Positions 47,823 through 58,709 of a DNA stretch of 64,000 nt are shown piece after piece. Source of the DNA: an uncultured virus (IMG/VR IMGVR_UViG_3300006128_000009). Lineage: Duplodnaviria > Heunggongvirae > Uroviricota > Caudoviricetes. The notes beneath the pieces are model-generated. The model was given only the letters and a program-made list of their open reading frames with translations. It ran no database searches and was not told where the DNA came from. The stretch lies in IMG/VR virus record IMGVR_UViG_3300006128_000009. One strand, written 5' to 3'. The first letter of the stretch is position 1. Each line of letters starts with the position of its first letter. The position numbers were made by a program, and so were the translations under genes.

Positions 47823-49493
47823 TTAAAAATGGGTTTCTTTATCATCCCATAACTTAGAAAAAGCATCAGCTTTAACAGCTACTATATCGTTAGTGTATGT
47901 TTCTTGTGTAAAAGTATGAACAACTTCCGTTACAAGCCATTGACCTAAAAATCTATCATCAAATGCATTTTTATCACCAGAGCTAGTTCTGTCTATGAAG
48001 ATCCATGTGCCCGGTTGTCTCAGCGTATATCCCAATAATCTTAAATGAACTGCTTGGTTTAAAAATAAAGCATCTTTTATCATTTTTAATGATGATGCTA
48101 TTTTAGAAAAAAATGTAGAAAATATGGTATGATTAGTCAATTGATATCCTTGTGCTTTAGTTTTATTTTGATTTAAAAGAATCTGAGCTTGTCCTGAGTT
48201 TGGATTTCCTTTTGAAAAATTATATAATCCCTTTTTACCTTGATTTGTTAATTCATTTTTTACATCTGTCACAGAATTACCTTTAAAAAATATATTCCAA
48301 CCACTGTTTGAAAAATCAAAATTATGAACAGGTGCATTTGTAATTCTCATATCATCAGCAGCTACCATAGGAACAAAATAATAACTCTGTATTCTTGATG
48401 CTATGGGTGATGTGGTATTATATAAATCAGTTGAATCATCACTATAAGCTCTGGGTATATAAGGCTTACTATTTTGTATGCCATCTTCTATGTACATTCT
48501 TTCTTTTTGATTTTGTTTGGATGTTTCAAAATATTTTGATATTGGGATTAATTTCCAAGTTTTATCGGATGTTTTTCTTCCATATCTTAGTAATGTATGA
48601 CTTTTTCCATCTGATGAAATACAATAATCGAGTATATATTTTAAATCTGCTGCTGCATTGGAATTTGCTGGTGATGTATAAATAACAAGTGATTCTTTAC
48701 TACCTACATCCCAATTTGCATCATCAATTTTTTCAAATGGATATTTAGGTTTATCGATAGAACCACCTTTATTTGGATAATCAAAACCAACTTTTAAATT
48801 AGTATCCGATCCTGCTACATATTTTTCTATTGAAGGTGGATTTGACGCAGTAGTAGCTAATATATCTTTTATAGCTACGTTTGCTATAGCTGCTTTTTTT
48901 GAATCGGGTAATTTAGAATAATCTACATTTGCTGGTATTTTAGAATCAGTTGATTTATTAGCAGTATAAACAGTAGAATATTCTATATTTCTTTCTAATA
49001 AAATTTGATATTTTTCATCCCAAAAATAATATTTTCTTCTTTTTATTTGACTGCTATCCGTATGTAAATCTTCTACATCATATATAACGAAATCATAATA
49101 AATTTCATAATCATCTGGAAAACTATTAGATGTAGTTTGACCTGCGATTTCAGAAGTACTTTTTAATGGTTTTATTCTTACGCTTATTTTATTTCTGCCA
49201 TCGGTTCTAAATACATATGGAGAAGGAATAGCATCTTGTGATGCACCAGTGGAATCTTTAGCCGCTAACGCTCCTTTTTCTAAAACTTCCGAATCATTTT
49301 GTAAAACAATATATCCTCTTGTTACCCAAGTAACTAAAGATTCCTCTATTGATAATTCATCTATAAATCTGGTGTTTAATGGGAGTGGTTTAAAATTATC
49401 AAGTTGATTATAAAGAAAAACTTCAATATAAAAAAACTGATTATTTATGGATCTTACAAAACCACTCTGTTGATTTTGATTTAAATCAGCCAT
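47823..49493 (-). CDS. Baseplate hub protein (gp27-like)
   Basis: LSIEESL...RGYIVL N-terminus; G...RQPGTWIFI...FLGQWLVTEVVHTF C-terminus. Confidence 0.7.
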   Translation of the reverse strand: MADLNQNQQSGFVRSINNQFFYIEVFLYNQLDNFKPLPLNTRFIDELSIEESLVTWVTRGYIVLQNDSEVLEKGALAAKDSTGASQDAIPSPYVFRTDGRNKISVRIKPLKSTSEIAGQTTSNSFPDDYEIYYDFVIYDVEDLHTDSSQIKRRKYYFWDEKYQILLERNIEYSTVYTANKSTDSKIPANVDYSKLPDSKKAAIANVAIKDILATTASNPPSIEKYVAGSDTNLKVGFDYPNKGGSIDKPKYPFEKIDDANWDVGSKESLVIYTSPANSNAAADLKYILDYCISSDGKSHTLLRYGRKTSDKTWKLIPISKYFETSKQNQKERMYIEDGIQNSKPYIPRAYSDDSTDLYNTTSPIASRIQSYYFVPMVAADDMRITNAPVHNFDFSNSGWNIFFKGNSVTDVKNELTNQGKKGLYNFSKGNPNSGQAQILLNQNKTKAQGYQLTNHTIFSTFFSKIASSLKMIKDALFLNQAVHLRLLGYTLRQPGTWIFIDRTSSGDKNAFDDRFLGQWLVTEVVHTFTQETYTNDIVAVKADAFSKLWDDKETHF

Positions 49494-49495
49494 AA

Positions 49496-50104
49496 TTAAC
49501 AAGAAACAGTATCAACGTTTCTTAGTAAAGAAACATTCAATTGATTGAATACAAAAGTAACAGTACAATTTATTTCCGTCGGTTCTTGATTTGAAAAATT
49601 TATTTCTCCCAATGTAGTAGGAAATGCGTTTGAGTAATCAAATGATATAATTTTATTATTATATTCATCTAAAGAAACGATAGAAAATTTTGAAGTATAA
49701 TCAAAAAAAGGATTAATTATTGGTAATTTATTAGTATTTCTTTCTGGTGGATTCAATACATTTGTTATATCCGAAGTTGAATTAGAAGTGTTATTAAACT
49801 GATTTATCCAGTTCCATAATATCCAGTAATTCTTATATCCATTATCAACTAAAAATTTAACTGTTATTGGATTATATGCTGGTCTAGAATAAGAAGAAGT
49901 TTTGTGAACTTGTCCACCAAAAGGAACATTTATTTCGGGTACGGTTATTTGGGGTACTGGTGATCCATAAATTGTAAATTGAATTGGATCTGCACTATAA
50001 GAAGTACCCAATACCGGATCATATACGTTCTTTAGTGATTTTGGTAAATCCAAAATCATTAAAAATTTATCATTCCTAGATCTATTTAAAACTGCTTGAT
50101 TCAT
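49496..50104 (-). CDS. Tail-tube terminator (gp3-like)
   Basis: VPQITVP...PFGG...YNPITVKFLVD...NY..LWNWI...AFPTTLGEINF. Confidence 0.7.
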   Translation of the reverse strand: MNQAVLNRSRNDKFLMILDLPKSLKNVYDPVLGTSYSADPIQFTIYGSPVPQITVPEINVPFGGQVHKTSSYSRPAYNPITVKFLVDNGYKNYWILWNWINQFNNTSNSTSDITNVLNPPERNTNKLPIINPFFDYTSKFSIVSLDEYNNKIISFDYSNAFPTTLGEINFSNQEPTEINCTVTFVFNQLNVSLLRNVDTVSC

Positions 50105-50105
50105 A

Positions 50106-51989
50106 TTAAAATATCATTGGTAATGTATAACCATCCCCATCATACTTACTATCTTCATCTTTTAATGGTGTTTGTTTACTTAAAGAAAAATCATTTTTAG
50201 GTGGTTTTTGTCCATCCCAATTCAAAAGCCAAGATCTAAGTTCATTTTCTTCTTCTTGAATAGATGGATTGTTTTTTTCTAAATCGAATTTTCCTACCCA
50301 AGAAGTATTTGTCGATATATTGTCGGTTTTTTTATAAACAGTAGCTTTTCCTTCAAAAATAGGACTTTTCTTAATTAAATCTGAATTATCTATTAAAGGT
50401 TTTATTTTTAGTGGTCTACCCTGATCATCGACTTCAGATATATTAAAATATTTTGCAGCCAAAGAAGGATCTAATATGAATAAAGCCCAAATTAAACCAA
50501 AAACTCTATCATCCAAATCTTTATCGTTCTTTTTACTATAAGTGAAATTTGGTAATCTAATAAAATTAGCTAATTCTAAAGTTGTTTCAATATCATTTAG
50601 TTTAACTGCATTTAAACTATTAGTCCAGTATCTGAAGTTAGTTACTCCCTTATATTTGGTATTTGTATGATTATGAATACCATATCTGTGATCTTTATTA
50701 TAATGTTTACTAAATCCTTCAAAATGATAAGAAACTAAATTTTCATAATTGTGAGTATTGACCAATACATCTAGAACCTGTTGACCATTATTGTTATTTT
50801 CTACGAGTAATGGTGGTCTACCCCAATCTTCCATTATACCCATTAATCTAGTTCCAAAATGAAACGGACTCATTGTATTTGTTGCATATACAGCGACCTG
50901 TTCGATATTAGTTAAGTCCGAAACATCAAGTATTTGAGAAACAGTATTAGATCTTCCTATACCTTCTCCAACATCAACTCCAACCACATAAAACGAATCT
51001 ATTTTGGGTGGAGAGAATATCTTATAAGATCCATTATCCATAACCAAAATAGGTTCTCTACATCCTGATTTTAGTTTTTCTAATAATTCTGGATCAATTG
51101 CTGTTTTGCCTTTTTCATGGAAAACGTTTCCAAATTCCTGATCAAAATCATCCTTTGATCCCATTTCAGCAATTGTATTCTTTTTCCATTCATCGTCACG
51201 ACCGGGCACCTCCCACCAATCCACTCTTTCCAAATGCCATCTACTATTCTCCTTTTGCGTTTCTTGATATAATTCGTAAAATTTATTATCAACACCATTA
51301 GGTGTACTAATTAAAACCAATTGAGATTTCTTCATCGAAGAAATTACAGGATAAGCTGACTTCCAAAGCTCATTCATGAGATCTTTGTTAATGTGAGCCA
51401 TTTCGTCGATGATTAAAAGATTACTAGTACTACCACGAGGACCGGATGATGATGTTGTACTGATACTGATAGAAGAGCCATTCTTCAGATCAATACCATC
51501 ATTTCTAAATGATTTAACTGAAGGTTTCATCCAAACAGGTAACTGTTCAAACGCCATCTTCATTCTATCGAATATTTCTTCTGCTGTATCTTTTTTATTT
51601 GCAAGAATTGTTATTCTCTTATCGTCTTGGAAACAAACCATCCATAAAGCATATATAGTTATAGTTGTTGTTTTACCGGACTGTCTACTTGATAAAACTA
51701 AATTAAATCTATTGTTTGCAAATGCTTTTAATAGTCTCTTTTGATATTTTCTTAATTCTATTTTTTGTTTCCCGTCTTCTGTAACAATATAAAAATAATT
51801 CTCAGCAAAATGAGTTATTTTTCTTCCGCAATTTCTAACTTCCTCCAACATTTCAGGAGTCCATTTAATCTGAGCTTCTCCTCTTAAAAGATTTTCGTTT
51901 CCTTTATAAAAATTTGCATCTACTACAATGTCCTCAATCTGAAGATCATCCAAAGAAGGAGCTTCTACTATTTTCTTCTTTCTACCCAT
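50106..51989 (-). CDS. gp17: Terminase large subunit (gp17)
   Basis: SRQSGKTT, LIIDEMAH, ISTPNG, FDQEF, GVDVGEG, DDRV. Confidence 0.96.
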   Translation of the reverse strand: MGRKKKIVEAPSLDDLQIEDIVVDANFYKGNENLLRGEAQIKWTPEMLEEVRNCGRKITHFAENYFYIVTEDGKQKIELRKYQKRLLKAFANNRFNLVLSSRQSGKTTTITIYALWMVCFQDDKRITILANKKDTAEEIFDRMKMAFEQLPVWMKPSVKSFRNDGIDLKNGSSISISTTSSSGPRGSTSNLLIIDEMAHINKDLMNELWKSAYPVISSMKKSQLVLISTPNGVDNKFYELYQETQKENSRWHLERVDWWEVPGRDDEWKKNTIAEMGSKDDFDQEFGNVFHEKGKTAIDPELLEKLKSGCREPILVMDNGSYKIFSPPKIDSFYVVGVDVGEGIGRSNTVSQILDVSDLTNIEQVAVYATNTMSPFHFGTRLMGIMEDWGRPPLLVENNNNGQQVLDVLVNTHNYENLVSYHFEGFSKHYNKDHRYGIHNHTNTKYKGVTNFRYWTNSLNAVKLNDIETTLELANFIRLPNFTYSKKNDKDLDDRVFGLIWALFILDPSLAAKYFNISEVDDQGRPLKIKPLIDNSDLIKKSPIFEGKATVYKKTDNISTNTSWVGKFDLEKNNPSIQEEENELRSWLLNWDGQKPPKNDFSLSKQTPLKDEDSKYDGDGYTLPMIF

Positions 51990-52003
51990 GTATAAATACT
52001 TAT
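51990..52003. promoter_or_regulatory. Overlapping divergent late promoters
   Basis: GTATAAATACTTAT: TATAAATA on the + strand, TAAGTA on the - strand. Confidence 0.6.
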
Positions 52004-52393
52004 GTGGAAAATCAAGAATTAAAAGATGAAGATATAGTACAACTAGGTAAAAAAGACGGAGTTATGACATATCCCGACAGTGTTTGGCCTATTTTTGAAT
52101 TAGATATAGAAGATAAAACCGGAATCTGGACAAGACTTCAAACTGAATTACAAATAATGGAATATCAAAACACATTACAAAAAACTTCAATAGAAGAAAT
52201 AGAAGATTTTTTATATGTTAATTCGGATATAGATTTTGAAATGTTATTTTATGAAGAAGAAATGCCTGATTTTAATTTTTTCAAATATAATGATAGAATC
52301 TATGCATATACACACGGTAAAAAACCTAGATCTAAAAAGAAAATTTTTGCCAGATTTTATTTTGAATTAGAAGATATCTTGAAAAAAGATTAA
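52004..52393 (+). CDS. Hypothetical acidic protein
   Basis: GTG start 5 nt after TAAATA; in frame with the track ORF starting at 51914. Confidence 0.6.
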   Translation: MENQELKDEDIVQLGKKDGVMTYPDSVWPIFELDIEDKTGIWTRLQTELQIMEYQNTLQKTSIEEIEDFLYVNSDIDFEMLFYEEEMPDFNFFKYNDRIYAYTHGKKPRSKKKIFARFYFELEDILKKD

Positions 52394-52746
52394 GAATTAT
52401 TTTGTAAATTAAGCTGACTCAATACAGCAGATACATATTGAGATTTCAACAATTTTATCGTACTACCAAGTTCAGGCATTTTCGTAGGATCTTTTATTTG
52501 GTTGTACTCGCAAATCAACCACCATAAATCTACCGTATTATAATATTTATAAGAAATATAATACCATGTGTCAGTTGGTTGTATAATATAGGGATCTTCG
52601 ACCGAACTATCTTGTGCTGGAAATATGTTTATATTTCTTAACAAATTATAAAAATAATTTCCATCATTATCTGAATATACATTGAAAAAATTTTCATATC
52701 TATATAAAGACAAAGAAGGCAAAGTTGATATAGAATTTTGATTCAT
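52390..52746 (-). CDS. gp53: Baseplate wedge LysM protein (gp53-like)
   Basis: YIIQPTDTWYYISYKYYNTVDLWWLICEYNQIKDP...GSTIK. Confidence 0.8.
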   Translation of the reverse strand: MNQNSISTLPSLSLYRYENFFNVYSDNDGNYFYNLLRNINIFPAQDSSVEDPYIIQPTDTWYYISYKYYNTVDLWWLICEYNQIKDPTKMPELGSTIKLLKSQYVSAVLSQLNLQNNS

Positions 52747-52747
52747 A

Positions 52748-53827
52748 TTATTGATTAACTGGTCCTGCGTTAGTAGTCGGGAAACCAAAATTTAAAGAAG
52801 ATTTTGATTTTAATGCTTGTGCCACCGCACCAGCACCAGACTTAAACACACTACCTAAATTGTTTTTATCAACGGTTATAGTAGTATCAGCAGTAGATTG
52901 TGGAGATGTAACTTGTACTTTACTACCACCTATAGCACCTTCAAAAATATTACTACTCATTGGTAATATTTCTTTAAATCTTATTGTTACTTTATATGCT
53001 TCAGGAACTAATGCTTGAGCAGCACCAAACTGAGCAAATTCAGCATAATCTCTTGTTGTACCTATACTTTCAATTGAAAAATCCTCAACATAAGAAACAG
53101 GTGAATAATAACCACCAATAGTTCCAGCATCTAAAGTATATATTTTAGGTGGGATATAAGTCATAAATGATGTTCTTGTTTTTAAATTTTGGAAAGTAAA
53201 AAGCTGAACAAAACAAAAATTATCATAAGCATCTTTTATCGATGTTGTATTATAAAGAGGAAAGGAAATAGTAATCGATTGTGGCGTTGTGTCGGCATAT
53301 TGTTTTATTTTTTCCGTGCCAACGCCCGGTGTAATTGCTCCAATTCCAGCACCAATCAATTTACCTAAAAATGTATTAGATTCTCCTTCTTTACTTGATT
53401 TTAACAAATCACCTAAACCAGCAGCATTTTCCCAAGAATTAGAAACATTTCTAATCGGAGAACCGTTATTAATCAACCAAGGAAATCTATAAACAAAATT
53501 CGTAGGTGATGCACTATACATCTGTTGATAAGGATCAAGTAAATCCCCCTGTGCAAGAACATCTATTCCATTGAAAATTTTTGCAAAATTAGTATACCAA
53601 ATACCATAATCAAGTTCTAATTCTGTGGCATATATACTAGGAACTTCTGATGCACTTCCTGCATTTTTCCATCTATAATCATTCAATATATCTATAGTGC
53701 GTTTTTTTGGTGTTAATTTAGTATAAGGAGTAATAATATTACCAGCTACGGGTAAACTCTGAGAAGTAGCTGAAAAAAGACCATTACTAAATCTACCGTT
53801 AATTAATGCTGCGGATTCTGCTGACAT
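52748..53827 (-). CDS. Baseplate tail-tube cap (gp48-like)
   Basis: Tube-fold features (ITISFPLYNT...PPKIY...VEDFSIE...VTIRFKE); between tape measure and gp53. Confidence 0.55.
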   Translation of the reverse strand: MSAESAALINGRFSNGLFSATSQSLPVAGNIITPYTKLTPKKRTIDILNDYRWKNAGSASEVPSIYATELELDYGIWYTNFAKIFNGIDVLAQGDLLDPYQQMYSASPTNFVYRFPWLINNGSPIRNVSNSWENAAGLGDLLKSSKEGESNTFLGKLIGAGIGAITPGVGTEKIKQYADTTPQSITISFPLYNTTSIKDAYDNFCFVQLFTFQNLKTRTSFMTYIPPKIYTLDAGTIGGYYSPVSYVEDFSIESIGTTRDYAEFAQFGAAQALVPEAYKVTIRFKEILPMSSNIFEGAIGGSKVQVTSPQSTADTTITVDKNNLGSVFKSGAGAVAQALKSKSSLNFGFPTTNAGPVNQ

Positions 53828-53831
53828 AATA

Positions 53832-56141
53832 TTATACTAAAACTCCTCTGTTAAGGTTGTAATAACGGCTCTTGTATTCAAATGTTCTATCTGACTTGGA
53901 ATTAACAGAAACATTACTATTATTACTTACTGCTACAGTATTACCTGCTGAATCATTAGATTTGGATTCCGCTAACATTTTTATGGTTGAATTTAAATTT
54001 TGTATTTGTTTACTTAAATTTACAAACATTTTATCTATGGTTCCATCTGGTTTTGCAATATAAGCAACATCGTCTTTATCAGGGGTATATGTTTTACCGT
54101 CTCTTCCTTGTATTTTTTTTGGTTTAATAACAGCATCGAGTATCGGAAATGAATCTACGCTATCATCAACACTATCATTATCATTTTGAGGTGGTGTTTG
54201 GTCATTCTGTTGATTTTGTTGTTGGTTCTGAGAATTTCTTAAGGGTGGTGCTTTTGCACCTTGTGGTTTACCTGTAGTCGGATTAATCGCAGTATCTTTG
54301 AAATCCAACCAACTACTAAGACTATTATATATTCCACTTATTACTGGTATATTTGTAAAATAACTTAAACCATTTAAAACATCAGTATAATCACCACTTG
54401 CTATAGCGGTAACTACCTTTGATAAATTACCAAACCAATCTGCTATAGTTTTCACAAATTTACTTTCGGTTACTAATTTCGCCAAATTACCAAACCAATC
54501 TCCTATATTAGTAATAACAGATGATCTCTTATTAACATCTTCTTCTTTATTATAATCACCACCACTAAGACCAAACCAATCTGTAATAGCTTCAATTACA
54601 GCGGCACCAATAGATATACCTTCAAAAACAGCAGGACCGATAAAAGTAGGTGCTGATATTAAAGAAGCAAGGTCAGAAACCGCCATTATACCGTCTAATA
54701 TTGCACCAAGATAATCTTTTTTATTATATCTGTCATATGCAAAATAACCACTGACGAGTGCACCAATGCCGGGTAGTAATTTCATCCCCTTCAATCCTAA
54801 ACCGAAAATTTTAGGTGCTATTTTACCAACAGCGGGTCCAAATATTTTTGAAACAATACTACCATTAAAAACGCCTTTAATAACACCAAATAAAGATTTT
54901 GTTATGTTTTTAGTTTCAGTAACAACCTTCACTCCAGTTTCAATTACTGGATTTGCTATTTTTTCTAATGCAGCTATTTCACCTTTTAATTCTTCTATTT
55001 TAGTAATCTCTAAAAGAGAATTGCCTATATTTAAATTTTTGCTTCTTAAAGATGCTTGTGATGCTCTTATCTCTGCTTTTTTATCTGCTATTTCTTTTGC
55101 GGCTTTAGCCATTTCCATTTCTTTCTTAATCTTTGCCGCTTCTTCTGCTTCTTTAGCTGCTTTTATAGCAGCTTCTTTTTCTCTTGTTTTTGCGGCAACA
55201 TCAAAAAGATAAGCAGTACCAACGCCTTTTCCTACGTCTTGAGCTACCTTCGCACCTCTCTCTACTCCATCACCCAATTTTATATTAAATGTTTTTTCTA
55301 TTATTGGTTTTAATTTATCTACTATGGTAGGAGCAGCTAATAAAGCAACAACAGATCCTACTATTGCTAAACCAGCAGTACCTCCCAATAGCTCCGCAAA
55401 CGTTCCAGCAGTTAATGCCTCTGCACCAGCCGCTGCTTCTGCACCAGCAGCCGCTTCTGCCGCTCCCGCAGCAGCTGCCACCTTTTTACCACCAAATAAT
55501 TTTGAAAATAAAGTTTGACCAGCACCGAATTCAGCACCTTCCAATAAATTATCAAGAAATCCTTTTCCTCTAGGACCACCTCTTCCACCAAACATAGAAG
55601 CCAAATCTCCTGATTGAGAAGAGCTTAATTTCTTTGATATGTTTTTATTTACATTATCTAATAATCCCTTTAAAAAATTCTCAGTTTTTTCTGAAAAAGT
55701 AACTAATGTTATTTTAGGTCCGAATGACTCTTGTTCATCATCAGCTGTTTTTATTCTTCTATTATCAGTAACAGTTTGAGGTAAAGGTAAATTATTTTGA
55801 GTTTCAGTTTTACCTATAAGTTCATTAGAAGAATTTAGTTTATTTAAAACATTCTTTTGTTTTTTGATGAACTCTTCGGATTCTTTTTTTATTCCTGAAA
55901 AATCCAAAGGATTTTCCATTTCGGTTTCTATGATTTTATTTAATTTATCTTGAAGTTTAGTATAGAATCCTTTAAATGCACCCGAAACCGGAATTATAAA
56001 ATCATTACTAACTGATTTATGAAACCCATCAAATAAATTTTCTGGAAAGAATTTATTGAAAACTTCCTGCAAAGTCACAGGAGTACCTAAATCTATTTTT
56101 TGAAATAGCTCCTCTATTAGCTTACTCTGGCTTTCTTCCAT
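53832..56141 (-). CDS. Tape-measure protein (gp29-like)
   Basis: Ala/Gly-rich helical protein, KLLPGIGALVSGYFAYDRY..KDYLGA, repeated DWFGNL. Confidence 0.7.
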   Translation of the reverse strand: MEESQSKLIEELFQKIDLGTPVTLQEVFNKFFPENLFDGFHKSVSNDFIIPVSGAFKGFYTKLQDKLNKIIETEMENPLDFSGIKKESEEFIKKQKNVLNKLNSSNELIGKTETQNNLPLPQTVTDNRRIKTADDEQESFGPKITLVTFSEKTENFLKGLLDNVNKNISKKLSSSQSGDLASMFGGRGGPRGKGFLDNLLEGAEFGAGQTLFSKLFGGKKVAAAAGAAEAAAGAEAAAGAEALTAGTFAELLGGTAGLAIVGSVVALLAAPTIVDKLKPIIEKTFNIKLGDGVERGAKVAQDVGKGVGTAYLFDVAAKTREKEAAIKAAKEAEEAAKIKKEMEMAKAAKEIADKKAEIRASQASLRSKNLNIGNSLLEITKIEELKGEIAALEKIANPVIETGVKVVTETKNITKSLFGVIKGVFNGSIVSKIFGPAVGKIAPKIFGLGLKGMKLLPGIGALVSGYFAYDRYNKKDYLGAILDGIMAVSDLASLISAPTFIGPAVFEGISIGAAVIEAITDWFGLSGGDYNKEEDVNKRSSVITNIGDWFGNLAKLVTESKFVKTIADWFGNLSKVVTAIASGDYTDVLNGLSYFTNIPVISGIYNSLSSWLDFKDTAINPTTGKPQGAKAPPLRNSQNQQQNQQNDQTPPQNDNDSVDDSVDSFPILDAVIKPKKIQGRDGKTYTPDKDDVAYIAKPDGTIDKMFVNLSKQIQNLNSTIKMLAESKSNDSAGNTVAVSNNSNVSVNSKSDRTFEYKSRYYNLNRGVLV

Positions 56142-56169
56142 ATATAATATTTATATGGAAGTTATGAAC

Positions 56170-56979
56170 TTAACTTAAAAATAGAATACTATCAATGGTT
56201 ATTATTTTTTTTATTCCGTCTTTACTAGTAATTTCCAATATAGAATCTAATTTTTTCTTCTCTGATGAAATTTTATCTATGATTTTTTGTATTAATTCCG
56301 AAGGGAGCTTTTCAACAATTCTTAGTCTTTGATTAATCGTAAGATCACGGAAATAAAATTTATTATCATTTACATGTAAAGTCTTTATGTATTTAGAAAT
56401 TTCTCCTATAAATGCTTCTGATATAACAATTTGTATATCTTTTGTTGTTTTTAAATCTTCTACTTTTTTATAATTTTTATAAAAGTTTTCTTCGTAAGAA
56501 ACTTCATCTTTGATAATAGGTAATCCCAAATCGACAATCAACGATGTATTATCATTAGATATATTCGTACTAATATCAGTTGAATTTTCGTATGTTTTAA
56601 ATTTTTCAATTATGTCATTTAAATTTACATCCTCAACTACCGAATCTGAAAATTTAACAGTTAGTTGATTGGAAATTTGATTCTTTAAAGATATAGCAAT
56701 AAATGATCTATCGACCAAAGTCAGATCATCAACAGATACATCTTTGTCTAAAATATTATCTTTAAGTATGTTATAAAAACATTTTACAAAGTCAGAATTA
56801 TAAACAGAATCATCAATAGCAGCACTTAAAAGACTTTTTTGTTGTTTTGCATCAATACCCTTAAATGAAACTTCTTTGTTTAATGATGGAATCCAAACAT
56901 CAATTTTAAACGTTTGAGATGCTTCATTTAAAATATTTAATGCCTCATCAAAATTAAGAATTTTTTCGTTATCTGTCAT
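56170..56979 (-). CDS. Baseplate hub assembly protein (gp26-like)
   Basis: VWIPSLNKEVSFK...KQQKSLL...LTLVDR.FIAISL; ends ..ILFLS. Confidence 0.65.
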   Translation of the reverse strand: MTDNEKILNFDEALNILNEASQTFKIDVWIPSLNKEVSFKGIDAKQQKSLLSAAIDDSVYNSDFVKCFYNILKDNILDKDVSVDDLTLVDRSFIAISLKNQISNQLTVKFSDSVVEDVNLNDIIEKFKTYENSTDISTNISNDNTSLIVDLGLPIIKDEVSYEENFYKNYKKVEDLKTTKDIQIVISEAFIGEISKYIKTLHVNDNKFYFRDLTINQRLRIVEKLPSELIQKIIDKISSEKKKLDSILEITSKDGIKKIITIDSILFLS

Positions 56980-56987
56980 GCTTCTAT

Positions 56988-57968
56988 TTATGGTGCAACA
57001 TCACCAAATTCAAGTGCTAGATCTTGAACAGCTTGGCTTGATGTTGGTATCATTCCCTGAGAACTATCTGAATTTGATGGTTTGTTTTTCTCTTGTATTT
57101 GTTGAATTACTGTATTAACAAAAACTTTTCTATCCATATGTGACAAATTTGAAATATAATTTGCATCCAATCCATTTGAAGCTAAAAAGCAAATTTCATA
57201 ATAAATTGATTTTATATCATATGAGAAAAATAACTTTATAAAGTCTATAAAACTCAAAGAATAAAAATTAAATTTATAATCTTCGAATTTAGATATACCC
57301 CAATAATTAAAATCAGAAAATTCTTTTATTAAATTTAATATTTTTTCTTGTATTTTGGTAACAAATGATAAGGACAACTTATCCAATATTTGAATCTTTT
57401 CTTCGCTACTAAAATTATATAAGTTAATTTTATTATCCTTTATTTTTATATATTCTATGAATTCTTGATAACTATCTAAAAATAAAGAGGAATTGTTTTC
57501 GTTTTTTAATATTAAATTCTGAAATAATTTAATTGAATTCAAATGAGGCCATGATATTTTTATTTCTATATCTTTATATTTTATTAAATTATCAGTTAAT
57601 AACTTTTGTCCATTTAAATAAATATTTTTTAAAAATTCATTCAAGTCTAATGTTATTTTTGAAGACTTAGCATTTGGGTTATCTGACTCTGTTACTAATT
57701 GTATTGTCTCTCCTATGCTTATTATTCTTAATTTTGTTACAAAAAGCACATAATCAATAATATTGATTTGTTTAAAATCTTCTTTTTCTTTTACACAATT
57801 TAATAAAATATCTAAAAAAAAATTATTAAATTCCAAATAACTGTCTTTTTTATTAGGGAATGATAATACTGCTTTAGCTATTGCTATTTGTTCATTTGTA
57901 GTTATCTCTCTAAAAGAAATTTTTTTGTTACAGAAAGGTAAATCAATATTATAGTTGTACAAATTCAC
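56988..57968 (-). CDS. gp26-like protein fused to a gp51-like C-terminus
   Basis: IDLP..KKISFREIT..E...LRIISIGETI; C-terminal IYYEICFL...YISNL...RKVFV; GTG start. Confidence 0.6.
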   Translation of the reverse strand: MNLYNYNIDLPFCNKKISFREITTNEQIAIAKAVLSFPNKKDSYLEFNNFFLDILLNCVKEKEDFKQINIIDYVLFVTKLRIISIGETIQLVTESDNPNAKSSKITLDLNEFLKNIYLNGQKLLTDNLIKYKDIEIKISWPHLNSIKLFQNLILKNENNSSLFLDSYQEFIEYIKIKDNKINLYNFSSEEKIQILDKLSLSFVTKIQEKILNLIKEFSDFNYWGISKFEDYKFNFYSLSFIDFIKLFFSYDIKSIYYEICFLASNGLDANYISNLSHMDRKVFVNTVIQQIQEKNKPSNSDSSQGMIPTSSQAVQDLALEFGDVAP

Positions 57969-57978
57969 TTAATATAAA

Positions 57979-58683
57979 TTAGCTAAGAGATACCAAACTT
58001 CCAGTATCTCCATCCCATACACAATAGTTATCATAAACAAAATCAACACTACCTGTTCTCAAGCCTTCTTCCATATATGAATATTCTTCTGTTGGAATTT
58101 TTGTGGGTGCTACATTAAAAAATCTATAAACTTTTCTTATACCCATTTGAATATTAGGTGCTGTTTTAGCTAACATAACAACATCACAGAAATTAGCTTT
58201 AACATAATTGGGAGATGATTTAGCACGTGCAACCAATCCATTATAACCAGTTGCTATAGCCCAAGGTCTAAGCACCAAATCCATAAAAGATGCATTAGTT
58301 TCCAACATAGTTACAGAAAACTTTTCATATTTTTCTCTACCAGAAGAAGTTGCAGGAGCTTGAAATCCACCATATTCCAATCCCTGATTGGAAGCATTTA
58401 TTGTTTCACTTGGTAATGTTACTTGTCTAGCAAAAGCACAACCCATCATATTGCCTATAGAGGCTTGTACAGAGCCATCTAATAGATAAGCTCTCGCATT
58501 TTCATCATAATTCCAATTCGAATTCGCTTCTCTTGAATTTATAATACCTTGTAAATTACCTGTTAAAACATTTACTGAGCTAAAGTCAAAGAATAGAAAC
58601 CATTGACTTGCTAAAGCAATGCTAGTAGGCCATTTACCTAATAAATTTAAGTAATACGAGTATGGACTGTTTTCAGGAGGCAT
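57979..58683 (-). CDS. Tail-tube initiator / tube paralogue (gp54-like)
   Basis: ARQVTLPSE...FSVTMLETN...W...FFNVAPTKI...VDFVYD. Confidence 0.6.
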   Translation of the reverse strand: MPPENSPYSYYLNLLGKWPTSIALASQWFLFFDFSSVNVLTGNLQGIINSREANSNWNYDENARAYLLDGSVQASIGNMMGCAFARQVTLPSETINASNQGLEYGGFQAPATSSGREKYEKFSVTMLETNASFMDLVLRPWAIATGYNGLVARAKSSPNYVKANFCDVVMLAKTAPNIQMGIRKVYRFFNVAPTKIPTEEYSYMEEGLRTGSVDFVYDNYCVWDGDTGSLVSLS

Positions 58684-58709
58684 AATAATATTTATGCCTG
58701 ATGCTTAAA

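Noticed and set aside
30052..51989. Inteins or introns in polymerase, UvsX, helicase or terminase
   Set aside because: Lengths and motif spacing are normal, with no splice-junction motifs seen
54766..55573. Plus-strand ORFs of 148, 64 and 69 aa
   Set aside because: Antisense shadows of the Ala-rich tape-measure gene
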